A stretch of 64,000 bases of DNA from an uncultured Gemmatimonadales bacterium (GTDB lineage: Bacteria; Gemmatimonadota; Gemmatimonadetes; Longimicrobiales; Longimicrobiaceae). The stretch lies in contig OY970303.1 of assembly GCA_963716255.1 (NCBI GenBank), positions 8,096,001 through 8,160,000 on the forward strand. The letters run 5' to 3'. A program made the translations under genes and the position numbers. Below the pieces are notes generated by a model. The model was not told the origin of the DNA, did not search any database, and saw only the letters and a program-made list of their open reading frames with translations. Positions 51,785-61,200 of the stretch are shown here, in pieces (position 1 is the stretch's first letter; every line of letters begins with the position of its first letter).

Positions 51785-53440
51785 CTACACCGGCTCCGCC
51801 AGGCGCTCCACGGCGTCGGCGCGCGCCCCGGCGTCCCCGCCGAGAGTCACCTGCATGCGCGCCGCGATCTCCCGCAGGAGGCCGGGGCCGTGCTCCGGGA
51901 GAAAGGAGAACACGGTGAGCACGCGCTCCTGCGGCTCGCCATGGGGGCGCAGCTCGGCGCGGGCGCGGCGCACGTCGCGCGCGACCTCGTCGCCCGTCCG
52001 GGCGGCGGCGGACACGATCTTCCGCTCCGCGTCCGCGGCCTCCAGCAGCGACCGGTTGCGCAGGCTCCCCAGCGCCCCCCGCAGCGTGGGGTCGATCGCC
52101 GCGGCCTCGTCCATCAGCCGCGCGTACCCGCCGGCGATCCCCTCCCGCAGCACCCGCAGCGCCCCGGCCACCTCCGCGGGGACGCGCTCCCGCGCCAGCC
52201 GGCGCAGCACCTCGTGCTCGGGCCCGTCCAGCTCCGCCACCCCCACGCCCGCCCGCTGCATCGCCCGCCGCGCCGCGCGGGAAACGAGCGTCACCGAGAA
52301 GCGGGGGTAGACGACCGGCATCCGCATCCCGAACTCGGCGAAGAGCGGACCGAGCTGGGCGAAGTAGGCCATCTCCCCCGGCCCGCCGACGTACGCCAGC
52401 GTGGGGAAGACGGCGCTCTCCACCACCGGGCGGAGGAAAACGTTGGGGCTGAACCGCGCCGGGTCGGCCGCGATCGCGGCGCGGACCTCGTCCGCGGAGA
52501 AGCTCTGCCGGGCCTCGCGGGCCACCCACCGGTCGCCCCGCGCGTACAGCCGCTCGCGCCCGGCGGGCCCGTGGTAAAAGACGTTCGCGCCCTCGGGGAG
52601 CACCACGACCTGGCCCTGGTACCCGGCGGCCAGCAGCGCCTCGGTGCGCTCCCGGAGGAGCGCCTCGTGCTCCCGGGTGCGCAGGACCGCGCCCTCCAGC
52701 ACGTGCGCCGAGGCCCGCTTCAGCGCCGGGTCCGCGGCGTCGGTGACCAGCAGGTCGAAAGGGGCGAACAGCGCTTCGACGGTCCGGCGGAACGCGCCCG
52801 CGAACGTCGCTCCCGGCCGGTAGGCCTCTCGAAGCAGCGCGAGGTATTCGCGGGCAAAGGGTTGCCCGGCAAACGCATCGGCAAGCTCGTCGAAAGCGCT
52901 TTCGATCCCATCCCTGACCGTGCGGTCGCTCATCGGCAGCGGGACCGTGTCGTCCCCGGCCAGGCGGACGCGGCGCACCCGGCCCTCCCGGTCGAGCACG
53001 TCCGCGTGGTCCACCTCGGCCCAGTCGTGGTCCTCCGAGGCGGCCCAGAACACGGGGAGCACCACCACGCCCAGCTCGCGCTCCAGCGCCGCGGCCAGGC
53101 GCACGGCAGTGAGGATCTTGTGGACGGTGTAGAGCGGCCCGGTGAACAGCCCGGTCTGCTGGCCGGTGGTGACCACTGCCCCACCCTCCTCCACGAAGCG
53201 CGCCAGGCGCCCGGCGGCCGCGTCCGAAGTGGGCCGCAGCGCCGCCGCCGCCCGCTCCCGCTCCGCCCTGCCGAAGCGCCTGCCCACCTCCTCCAGCTTG
53301 GCGCGGAAGGCGGCCGGGTCCGAGGGGGAGCCGGCGTAGAACGACGGGGCGCTCCCCTCCCCCGCCAGGTAGTCGCGGACCAGGCGGGGCCCGCGGAGCG
53401 GCTCGACCACGATGTCCAGGTTCAGCGCAGCCTCCCTCAT
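51785..53440 (-). CDS. bshC: Bacillithiol biosynthesis cysteine-adding enzyme
   Basis: TGQQTGLFTGPLYTVHK, FWAASEDHDWAEV, FSPNVFLRP, YVGGPGEMAYFAQ, PQERV. Confidence 0.93.
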   Translation of the reverse strand: MREAALNLDIVVEPLRGPRLVRDYLAGEGSAPSFYAGSPSDPAAFRAKLEEVGRRFGRAERERAAAALRPTSDAAAGRLARFVEEGGAVVTTGQQTGLFTGPLYTVHKILTAVRLAAALERELGVVVLPVFWAASEDHDWAEVDHADVLDREGRVRRVRLAGDDTVPLPMSDRTVRDGIESAFDELADAFAGQPFAREYLALLREAYRPGATFAGAFRRTVEALFAPFDLLVTDAADPALKRASAHVLEGAVLRTREHEALLRERTEALLAAGYQGQVVVLPEGANVFYHGPAGRERLYARGDRWVAREARQSFSADEVRAAIAADPARFSPNVFLRPVVESAVFPTLAYVGGPGEMAYFAQLGPLFAEFGMRMPVVYPRFSVTLVSRAARRAMQRAGVGVAELDGPEHEVLRRLARERVPAEVAGALRVLREGIAGGYARLMDEAAAIDPTLRGALGSLRNRSLLEAADAERKIVSAAARTGDEVARDVRRARAELRPHGEPQERVLTVFSFLPEHGPGLLREIAARMQVTLGGDAGARADAVERLAEPV

Positions 53441-53473
53441 CAAGTTCACTCCCAGAACTGCTTTGAACGAACC

Positions 53474-53606
53474 GGCTCGGGCGTGCCCCCGGCTGCGCCG
53501 GGGTCGGGCTTCGGCTCCGTAGAGCAGCAAACAACGCTGCTCAACGGAGTCGAGCCCCGGCAAACTGCCGCCGGGTCTCGCCCCTTCGGGCCGAAATCCC
53601 TCACGC
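53474..53606 (+). repeat. Repeat family A, copy 11, followed by B modules to about 53750
   Basis: Central stem GAGCAGC/GCTGCTC. Confidence 0.95.
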
Positions 53607-53754
53607 AGGTCCGCGCTGGCCCCCACCCGGCGGCCTTAGAGCCGCCACCCTCCCCCGTTCCGGGAGAGGGGAATCTCCATGCTGACGGTCCCTTGCCTGC
53701 GGCGTGTCGTGCTCCCCTCCCCCTTGCGGGGAGGGGCCGGGGGAGGGGGTTGCG

Positions 53755-53915
53755 GTCGCCGTTCCCGCAGTACCCCCCAAATCTTCTCGGAGGGAGACAG
53801 CCGGGCAGTTTCGGCTGGCTCACTCCGGCGCAGGGAGACCCACAGCAGTTCCGTGGGGCTCCCGGAGCCCGCGTAGGAAACAGGCCGGCTGTCTGGCCTG
53901 GTTCCGGAGCGGCCC
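53755..53915 (-). repeat. Structured repeat family C, copy 2
   Basis: Reverse complement shares linkers with 6342-6505 but has different stem sequences. Confidence 0.8.
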
Positions 53916-53941
53916 GCCACCCCTACCAGAGCGCAAAAAAG

Positions 53942-54421
53942 TTACGCTTCGCGCCCTTTGTGGTACGGTTCGCCGCGCGCGATCGTCCCCGCCCGGTACA
54001 GCTGCTCGGTCAGCACCAGCCGCGCAAGCTCATGCGGCAGCGTGAACGCCGAGAGCGACAGCCGGTGCCGCGCCGTCCGCAGGATCTCGTCCGAGAGCCC
54101 GTACGCCCCGCCGATCACGAAGCTCGCGCCGGGGCTCCCCCGCACCGCCAGCTCCGCCAGGTACCGGGACAGCTGCTCGGAGCTCCACGGCTTCCCCGTC
54201 TCGTGCAGCGCCACCACCTCGCACCCGGCGGCCACGCGCGCCAGCAGCCGCTTCCCTTCCTCGTCGCGCACCCGCCCCGCCCCGCCGGCGCCCCGGTACG
54301 GCTCCTCCCGGACCTCCACCGCCTCGAAGGTGAAGTAGCGCCGGGTCCGCGCCTCGTACTCGACCACGGCCTCCGCGGCGGGTCCGCGCGACCTCCCCAC
54401 GGCGAGCACCTGGACCTTCAC
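53942..54421 (-). CDS. rlmH: 23S rRNA pseudouridine-1915 N3-methyltransferase
   Basis: FVIGGAYGL, LSLSAFTLPHELARLVLTEQLYRA..I..GEPYHK. Confidence 0.96.
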   Translation of the reverse strand: MKVQVLAVGRSRGPAAEAVVEYEARTRRYFTFEAVEVREEPYRGAGGAGRVRDEEGKRLLARVAAGCEVVALHETGKPWSSEQLSRYLAELAVRGSPGASFVIGGAYGLSDEILRTARHRLSLSAFTLPHELARLVLTEQLYRAGTIARGEPYHKGREA

Positions 54422-54424
54422 CTG

Positions 54425-55996
54425 TCAGCGCCCCACCACGGTGTCGCGCAGGAAATGCTCGTTGTCGCGGTACGGGTGGTCCACGTTGTAGTGGAGCCCG
54501 CGGCTCTCCCGCCGCAGCCGGGCGCAGCGCACCACCAGCAGCGCCGTCTCCACCATGTTACGCAGCTCCACCAGCTCGGCGGAGGGGCGCGAGGCGGCCC
54601 AGACGACCGCGTTCTGCTCCGCGATGGCGTGGATGCGGGCCTCCGCGAACTCCAGCCGCTCGTCCGAGCGGACGATCCCCACCAGGTCCCACATCAGCGA
54701 GCGGATCTCCTCGCGGTCGTGCACCAGGAGCACCCCCTCGGGGTCGCCGCGCCCCCGCGGAGCGTCGAAGGCGGGGACGACGGAGGGCAGCGGCAGCCCG
54801 CCCAGCTCGTCCCGCAGCCGCACCGAGGCGCGGTGGGCGAACACCACGGCCTCCAGGAGCGAGTTCGACGCCAGGCGGTTCGCCCCGTGCACGCCGGTGC
54901 ACGCCGTCTCGCCCGCCGCGTACAGGGCGCGCAGCGAGGTGCGGCCGTGCGTGTCCGTGAGCACCCCGCCGCACAGGTAGTGCGCCGCGGGGACCACGGG
55001 AAGGGGCTCCGCCAGCATGTCGATCCCCCGCTCCGCCGTTTCCCGCAGGATGTTGGGAAAGCGCGCGCGGATCTCCTCCGCCGCGATGGCGGAGCAGTCC
55101 AGCAGCACGTACGGGTCGCCGGTGCGCTTCATCTCCCGGTCGATGGCGCGGGCCACGATGTCGCGCGGGGCCAGCGGGCCCAGCGGATGGTAGCCGGCCA
55201 TGAACGCCGTGCCGTCCATCCGCCGCAGCTCCGCCCCCTCCCCGCGCACCGCCTCCGAGATCAGCAGCGTCCGCTCGCGCGCCGGGTACAGCGCGGTTGG
55301 GTGGAACTGGACGAACTCCATGTTGGCGACGCGCGCCCCGGCCCGGTACGCCATCGCCACGCCGTCGCCGGTGGCGATCGCGGGATTGGTCGTGTGGCGG
55401 TACACCTGCCCGCACCCGCCGGTGGCCAGCAGCACCGCGCGGGCGAGGAAGGGTGCCACCTCGCCGCTCACCGGGTCCAGCACCAGCGCGCCGCAGCACC
55501 GCCGCCGCCCGTCGGGCCCCTCCTCCACCAGCAGGTCCACCGCCGCGTGGTCCTCCAGCACCTGGATGCGCGGCGACGCGGCCACGGCGGCCAGCAGCCC
55601 GCGCTCGATCTCGCGCCCCGTCAGGTCGTCCGAGCGCACGATGCGGCGGCGCGAGTGGCCGCCCTCACGCCCCAGCGACAATTCCGCGCCCTCGCGGGTG
55701 AACTCCACCCCGAAGGCGATCAGCTCGCGGACGCGCTCCGGGCCCTCCCGCACCAGCGTCTCCACGGCGTCCGGGTGGCACAGCCCCGCCCCGGCGACGA
55801 AGGTGTCCTCCACGTGCAGCGCGTACGAGTCGTCCGGCGAGAACACCGCGGCGATCCCGCCCTGCGCGTAGTTGGTGCTGGACTCCGGCCGCTCCTTCTT
55901 GGTGACCACCACCACGTCGGCGAAGCGCGCCGCCTTGAGCGCGAAGGACAGCCCGGCGATGCCGCTGCCGATGACGAGCACTTCTGTGGACGTCAT
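54425..55996 (-). CDS. nadB: L-aspartate oxidase
   Basis: IGSGIAGL, STNYAQGGIA, REGGHS, QFHPT, GVHGANRLASNSLLE, ESRGLHY. Confidence 0.95.
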   Translation of the reverse strand: MTSTEVLVIGSGIAGLSFALKAARFADVVVVTKKERPESSTNYAQGGIAAVFSPDDSYALHVEDTFVAGAGLCHPDAVETLVREGPERVRELIAFGVEFTREGAELSLGREGGHSRRRIVRSDDLTGREIERGLLAAVAASPRIQVLEDHAAVDLLVEEGPDGRRRCCGALVLDPVSGEVAPFLARAVLLATGGCGQVYRHTTNPAIATGDGVAMAYRAGARVANMEFVQFHPTALYPARERTLLISEAVRGEGAELRRMDGTAFMAGYHPLGPLAPRDIVARAIDREMKRTGDPYVLLDCSAIAAEEIRARFPNILRETAERGIDMLAEPLPVVPAAHYLCGGVLTDTHGRTSLRALYAAGETACTGVHGANRLASNSLLEAVVFAHRASVRLRDELGGLPLPSVVPAFDAPRGRGDPEGVLLVHDREEIRSLMWDLVGIVRSDERLEFAEARIHAIAEQNAVVWAASRPSAELVELRNMVETALLVVRCARLRRESRGLHYNVDHPYRDNEHFLRDTVVGR

Positions 55997-56018
55997 GTCT
56001 TGGGCGGCTTTGGACGGC

Positions 56019-56153
56019 GGGTTCGGGCGTGCCCCCGGCTGACGCCGGGGTCGGGCTTCGGCTCCGTAACGCACGAAACAACCGTGCGTAACGGAGTCGA
56101 GCCCCGCGAAACTGCCCGCGGGTCTCGCCCCTTCGGGCCGAAATCCCTCACGC
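56019..56153 (+). repeat. Repeat family A, copy 12, followed by a B module to about 56231
   Basis: Central stem ACGCACG/CGTGCGT. Confidence 0.95.
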
Positions 56154-56426
56154 GGGGCGGGCGCTGGCATCCGCCGGGGCCCCCACCCGGCTCGCTTAGG
56201 CTCGCCACCCTCCCCCAATTCTGGGGGAGGGTTTCCTGTCGTTCCTGGATCTGCGCCGGGAGGTCGGGGGAGGATCCGCAGGCGGTGCGTTTGTTCGAAG
56301 CCAGCGTGATCCTGCCTTCGCTCCAGCGGCGGGCGAGTTTCGCACCGCCGGAGGAGCCTTCCCCGGCCGACCCCATACCCGGAGTCTGCCGGAGCGAGCC
56401 CGCTGAGAACCCGAGGACCTGCACCA

Positions 56427-57460
56427 TCACCGCCGCCCCGCCTGGACCGCCGCATCCAGCGCGCGCAGCAGCGCGTCCTCGCCCGCGGTGAAGCGCACGC
56501 GCTGCGTCAGCACCCAGGCGCGGGCGGACGGGGAAAAAGGTCGCGCAGCTTCACGGCGTCCTTGTGCGTCATCACGATGGGCCGGCCGGCGGCGCGCGCC
56601 AGCAGCGCGGCCGCCTCGCCGGCGTCGAAGGCGTGGTGGTCGGGGAACGCGGCCAGCTCCACGGCCAGCCCCATCCCCCGCAGGTTCTCCGCGAACGGGC
56701 CCGGGTCCGCCAGGGCCGCCACGGCGAGCACGTCGTCCCCCGCGGCCAGCGGCGCCCACCCCGGCTCGCCTGCCAGCGGCACCAGGGCGTCCGGGGCGAG
56801 CCAGCACTCCGCGACGGGCACCCCCGGGGCGATCGCCCGCAGCTCCCCCGCGACCCGGGCGCCCTCCGCCTCCGGGGCCGACTTGCGGGTCGCGACGACC
56901 ACGCCGGCGCGGCGCAGCGCGGACGCGTCCTCGCGCCAGGGTCCCCGCGGGAGGAGCCGGCGGCGCCCGGTCCAGCCCTCCACCGAGACCAGGACGACGT
57001 CCAGCTCCCGGGCGAGGGCCCGGTGCTGGAAGCCGTCGTCCAGCACCACCACGCCGCACCCGGACGCCGCCGCCTCGCGGGCCGCCCGGATCCGCCGCGC
57101 CGCCGCGAACACCGGCACCTCCGGGTTCAGCTCGCGGTGCACCTGCACCTCGTCCGCCCCGTAGCCGCGCAGCGCGATCGCGGGCCGCTCCCCGCGCTCC
57201 AGAAGCCGCGCCGCGATCCACGCGGCGACCGGCGTCTTCCCCGCCCCGCCGACGCCCACGTTGCCCACGCTGACCACCGGCACCGGCGCGCGGTCCGCGC
57301 GCAGCCAGCCCCGGCCGTAGGCAAGATTACGCGCCGCCACCGTCCCCCGAAAGAGAAGCTCCGCCGGGGCGAGCCCCGCGCCCAGCACCTTTCCGGGCAG
57401 CCCTGCCTCGCCCGCCCACCAGCGCCCCACCCAGGCGCGCGCCCTCACGCCCGCCTCCAT
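56427..57460 (-). CDS. lpxK: Tetraacyldisaccharide 4'-kinase, with an apparent 1-nt frameshift near 56535
   Basis: VVSVGNVGVGGAGKTP, LDDGFQH, LLPRGPWRE, FPDHH, MTHKDAVKL; C-terminus continues in another frame. Confidence 0.9.
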
Positions 57461-58140
57461 GCCTCCTCGTCGTCCACCAGCGCAGTGAGCGCGTTCAGGC
57501 GCGCCTCCACGTCGCGCGCGATCTCCGCCAGCGCCGCCTCGTCCGCGCCGCGCGGGATCCACACCGGCTCGCCGTATGCCAGCCGCACCCGCGCGAAGGG
57601 CCTGGGGACCAGGAATCGGTCCCAGCTCCCGAACCACCACCCCCGGCTCGCGCCGCCCGCCGAGGGGATCACCGGCGCGCCCGAGAGCTGCGCCGCCAGC
57701 AGTGCCCCCGGCTTCATCACCGCCCGCGGTCCGCGCGGGCCGTCCGGCGTCACCGCCAGCGAGCGCCCGGCGCGGACGTGGCGCACCAGCTCCCGCAGCG
57801 CCCCCGCAGCGCGCCGGCTGCTGGAGCCGCGCACCGCCGTGTATCCCCACTTCTCCACGATGCGGGCGATGTACTCGCCGTCGCGGTGCTGGCTGACCAG
57901 CGTGACCAGCTCCTGGTGGCGGTTCCAGTACGTGCAGGGGAGGAGCCGCCCATGCCACAGCACGAAGACGACCGGCTTCCCCTCCCGGTGGAACCGCTCG
58001 AAGTTCTCCGTCCCCTTCTGCTCCACCCGGCAGCTGTCCAGCAGCGTGGAAAGCAGACCGCCCCCCGCCCCGGCGATCAGCCGCGTCTTCAGGTCGGCCG
58101 CCGGGACTCCATCCGCCGCCGCGCGCCCGCCGTCAGCCAT
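57445..58140 (-). CDS. DUF374 lysophospholipid acyltransferase-like protein
   Basis: WHGRL, SQHRDGE, VRGSSSR, TPDGPRGP, SWDRFLVPRPF. Confidence 0.9.
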   Translation of the reverse strand: MADGGRAAADGVPAADLKTRLIAGAGGGLLSTLLDSCRVEQKGTENFERFHREGKPVVFVLWHGRLLPCTYWNRHQELVTLVSQHRDGEYIARIVEKWGYTAVRGSSSRRAAGALRELVRHVRAGRSLAVTPDGPRGPRAVMKPGALLAAQLSGAPVIPSAGGASRGWWFGSWDRFLVPRPFARVRLAYGEPVWIPRGADEAALAEIARDVEARLNALTALVDDEEAWRRA

Positions 58141-59278
58141 CGTGCCCCAGCAGCCGCGCCGCGATCCGCGCCGTCCGCACCGCCGCGCCGCCCTCCCCCG
58201 CGCCGCCCTCCAGCTTCGCGCGGACACCCGCCAGCTTCGCCACCATCGCCCGCCGCTCGGGCGAGTCGCGGCGGATGAGCGGCAGGAGCGCGGCGGACAG
58301 CGCCTCCGGCGTGGCCTGGTCCTGCACGAACTCCGGGAACACCCGCTCCTCCGCGATCAGGTTCGCGAGCGCGATGTGGGGCACCTTCACCAGCCGCTTC
58401 GCCATCGCGTAGCTGAGCGGGTTCATCCGGTAGGCGACCACCCCCGGCGTCCCCGCGAGCGCCGTTTCCAGCGTGGTGGTGCCGGACTTCACCAGCGCCG
58501 CGTCCGCGTACTCCAGCAGCCCCGACGCGCTCGGCACGAGCGGCCAGCGCGCCCCGTCGTACACGGTAGCGTCGATGTCGCTGGGCACGCCGATCACCGG
58601 CTGCACGTGCGCGTCGCGGGCCACCACGCGCGCCGCCGCCTCCGAGAACAGTTCCAGGTGGCGGCGGAGCTCCTGCGGGCGCGACCCGGGGAAGAGGGCG
58701 AGGACGGGGCGCTCCGCGTCCACCCCGGCGGACGCGGCCCACTCGGCGCGCGATTCCGTGCGCGCGGGAAGGTCCAGCAGCGGGTGGCCCACGAAGACGG
58801 CGTTCACCCCCCGGTCGCGGAGGAACTTCTCCTCGAAGGGGAGCACCACGGCCACCACGTCGGCGTCGCGCGCCAGGTCGCGCGTGCGCTCGGCATGCCA
58901 CGCCCATACCTGCGGGGCGATGTAGTACAGCACGGGAATCCCCCGCCCCTTCGCGTGCTTCGCGAGGCGGAGGTTGAAGCCGGGGTAATCGATGGGGATC
59001 ACCAGGTCCACCCCCTCGCGCTCCAGCGCGGCGAACACCCGGCGCCGCAGCTCCAGGAAGAAGGGGAGGTGGCGGAGGACCTCCACGAAGCCCATCACCG
59101 CCAGCTCCTCCACCCCGGCGAGCAGTTCCACGCCCTCCGCCGCCATGCGCGAGCCGCCCAGCCCGATCAGGCGGACCCCCGGGAGCCGGGCACGCAAAGC
59201 GCGGGCGAGCCCGGCGCCGTGAAGGTCGCCGGAGGGCTCGCCCGCCGCGATGAAGAGGGTGAGGCCGCTCGAGGTCAC
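58133..59278 (-). CDS. lpxB: Lipid-A-disaccharide synthase
   Basis: AGEPSGDLHGA, IDYPGFN, PQVWAW, FVGHPL, PGSR, KSGTTTLE; start probably GTG at 59278. Confidence 0.95.
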   Translation of the reverse strand: MTSSGLTLFIAAGEPSGDLHGAGLARALRARLPGVRLIGLGGSRMAAEGVELLAGVEELAVMGFVEVLRHLPFFLELRRRVFAALEREGVDLVIPIDYPGFNLRLAKHAKGRGIPVLYYIAPQVWAWHAERTRDLARDADVVAVVLPFEEKFLRDRGVNAVFVGHPLLDLPARTESRAEWAASAGVDAERPVLALFPGSRPQELRRHLELFSEAAARVVARDAHVQPVIGVPSDIDATVYDGARWPLVPSASGLLEYADAALVKSGTTTLETALAGTPGVVAYRMNPLSYAMAKRLVKVPHIALANLIAEERVFPEFVQDQATPEALSAALLPLIRRDSPERRAMVAKLAGVRAKLEGGAGEGGAAVRTARIAARLLGHDG

Positions 59279-59418
59279 CCGGGCAACCGGCCCAGGAGAT
59301 ACCACATCGCGCCCAGCACCACCACCAGGAGAATCAGCAGCCGCGTCGCCGAGGGAGGCGGCGTGCCTCCCTGGATGTTCGACGGCGGCTTCCTACGCCG
59401 GCTGCCAGGAGGAAACAT
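59275..59418 (-). CDS. Small 47-aa single-TM protein (absent from ORF track)
   Basis: MFPPGSRRRKPPSNIQGGTPPPSATRLLILLVVVLGAMWYLLGRLPG*; stop overlaps the lpxB GTG (GTGA). Confidence 0.6.
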   Translation of the reverse strand: MFPPGSRRRKPPSNIQGGTPPPSATRLLILLVVVLGAMWYLLGRLPG

Positions 59419-60382
59419 CGTGCTCGATCCGGCCCATGATGTCCAGCGCGACGCCCAGCGCCTGCCGCCCGTCGCGCCCGCTCACCACCACCGGCGCCTC
59501 GCCGCGCACCGCGCGGACCCACGCCTCCAGCTCCGCGCGAAGCGGCTCCGTGCCGTCGCCGCGCAGCTCCACCCGGTCCACCAGCCCAAGGAGCGCCGCC
59601 GGCCCCACCTCCCCCTCCGGGATGCGCGCCCCCTTCTTGAGGCGCAGGAACTCGCCCGTGCCGGCCGCCAGGTCCAGCGAGATGTAGCCGGAATTCTGGA
59701 AGAAGCGGATCTTCCGCGTCCGCTCCATGGACACGCGGCTCGCCGTGATGTTCGCCACCGCCCCGTCCGCGAACTCCAGGCGCGCGTTGGCGATGTCCAC
59801 GTTGGGCGTGAGGATGGGGACCCCCACCGCCCGCACCGACGACACCTCGCTCCCCACCAGGCTGAGCACCAGGTCGATGTCGTGGATCATCAGGTCCAGC
59901 ACCACCGCCACGTCCGTCCCCCGCCCCGCGAAGGGCGCCAGCCGGTGCGACTCCACGAAGCGCGGCACGTCCAGGTACGGCTCGCAGGCCCGCAGCGCCG
60001 CGTTGAAGCGCTCCACGTGCCCCGTCGCCACCAGCACCCCCGCCGCCGCCGCCGCCGCCACGATGCGGTCCGCCTCCTCCAGCGTGGAGGCGATGGGCTT
60101 CTCGATCAGCAGGTGGACGCCGCGGTCCAGCGCCGCGAGCGCCACGGCCGCGTGCTCCGTGGTGGGGACGGCGACCACCGCCGCCTCCACCCTGTCCAGC
60201 AGCTCCTCCAGCGACGCGAACACGAGGACGCCCAGCTCATCGCCCACCTTCGCCGCGCGGGCGGGGTCCGCGTCGAACACCCCCGCGAGCTGCGCCCCGG
60301 CCACCTCGCGGAGGATGCGCGCGTGGTGGAAGCCCAGCGAGCCTACCCCTACGACGCCGACCGGGACCGCCGGGCCGGTCAA
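59393..60382 (-). CDS. Gfo/Idh/MocA oxidoreductase (GnnA-like)
   Basis: VGVVGVGSLGFHH, LIEKP, GHVERFN, DVAVVLDLMIHDID; TTG start overlaps the lpxA stop. Confidence 0.88.
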   Translation of the reverse strand: MTGPAVPVGVVGVGSLGFHHARILREVAGAQLAGVFDADPARAAKVGDELGVLVFASLEELLDRVEAAVVAVPTTEHAAVALAALDRGVHLLIEKPIASTLEEADRIVAAAAAAGVLVATGHVERFNAALRACEPYLDVPRFVESHRLAPFAGRGTDVAVVLDLMIHDIDLVLSLVGSEVSSVRAVGVPILTPNVDIANARLEFADGAVANITASRVSMERTRKIRFFQNSGYISLDLAAGTGEFLRLKKGARIPEGEVGPAALLGLVDRVELRGDGTEPLRAELEAWVRAVRGEAPVVVSGRDGRQALGVALDIMGRIEHDVSSWQPA

Positions 60383-61200
60383 ACCGACACCCCCCGCTCG
60401 CTCCGCTCGAAGAACGCCAGGAACACCTCCACCTCCGGGATGTCGCGCAGCTCCTCGCGGGCCCGGGCCAGCGCCTGGGTGGTGTTGTGCGCCGAGGCGA
60501 AGAACAGGCGGTAGGCGCGCTTCAGCTCGCGCCGCACCTCCTCCGAGAAGCCCCGCCGCTGCAGCCCCACCGAGTTGAGCCCGTACAGCTGCAGGGGGAT
60601 CCCGGCCGCCTTGACGTACGGCGGGACGTCCTTGGCGATGCGCGACTGGCCGCCCACGAAGGCGTGCTGTCCGATGCGCACGAACTGGTGGATGGGCGTC
60701 ATCCCGCCCACGATCACCCAGTCCTCGATCGCCACGTGCCCCGCCATGTTCACGGCGTTGGACAGGATCACGTGGTCGCCGATGCGGCAGTCGTGCGCCA
60801 CGTGGACGTACGACATCAGCAGGCAGTCGCTCCCCACGGTGGTCACCCCGCTCGCCGCGGTCCCCCGGTTGAGCGTGGCGTACTCGCGGATGTGGGTGCG
60901 GTCTCCCACCACCAGGCGCGTGGGCTCGCCCCGGTACTTGAGGTCCTGAGGCGCCGTCCCCAGGACAGCGCCCTTGGACAGCACGCACTCCGCCCCGATG
61001 GTGGTGTCGCCCTCGATCAGGACGTGCGGGCCCACCTGCGTCCCCGCACCGATCCGGGCCTCCGGGCCCACGATGCTGAACGGCCCGACGGATACCCCCT
61101 CGCCCAGCTCCGCGGCTTCGTCGACGAGGGCGGTGGGGTGGATGTCTATGCCGCGGCGGGAAGGAAGCACCATGGCGCGGCTCTCAGCGATCGACGACAC
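60379..61200 (-). CDS. lpxA: UDP-GlcNAc acyltransferase
   Basis: Hexapeptide repeats, PQDLKY, IREYATLNRGT, HVAHDC, HQFVRIG, GLNSVGL. Confidence 0.96.
   Translation of the reverse strand: MSSIAESRAMVLPSRRGIDIHPTALVDEAAELGEGVSVGPFSIVGPEARIGAGTQVGPHVLIEGDTTIGAECVLSKGAVLGTAPQDLKYRGEPTRLVVGDRTHIREYATLNRGTAASGVTTVGSDCLLMSYVHVAHDCRIGDHVILSNAVNMAGHVAIEDWVIVGGMTPIHQFVRIGQHAFVGGQSRIAKDVPPYVKAAGIPLQLYGLNSVGLQRRGFSEEVRRELKRAYRLFFASAHNTTQALARAREELRDIPEVEVFLAFFERSERGVSV

Noticed and set aside
51377..56491. 1704-aa plus-strand ORF and other very long ORFs (e.g. 56564..60514, 38212..41799, 16383..19364)
   Set aside because: Antisense or off-frame shadows of real genes, expected at very high GC.
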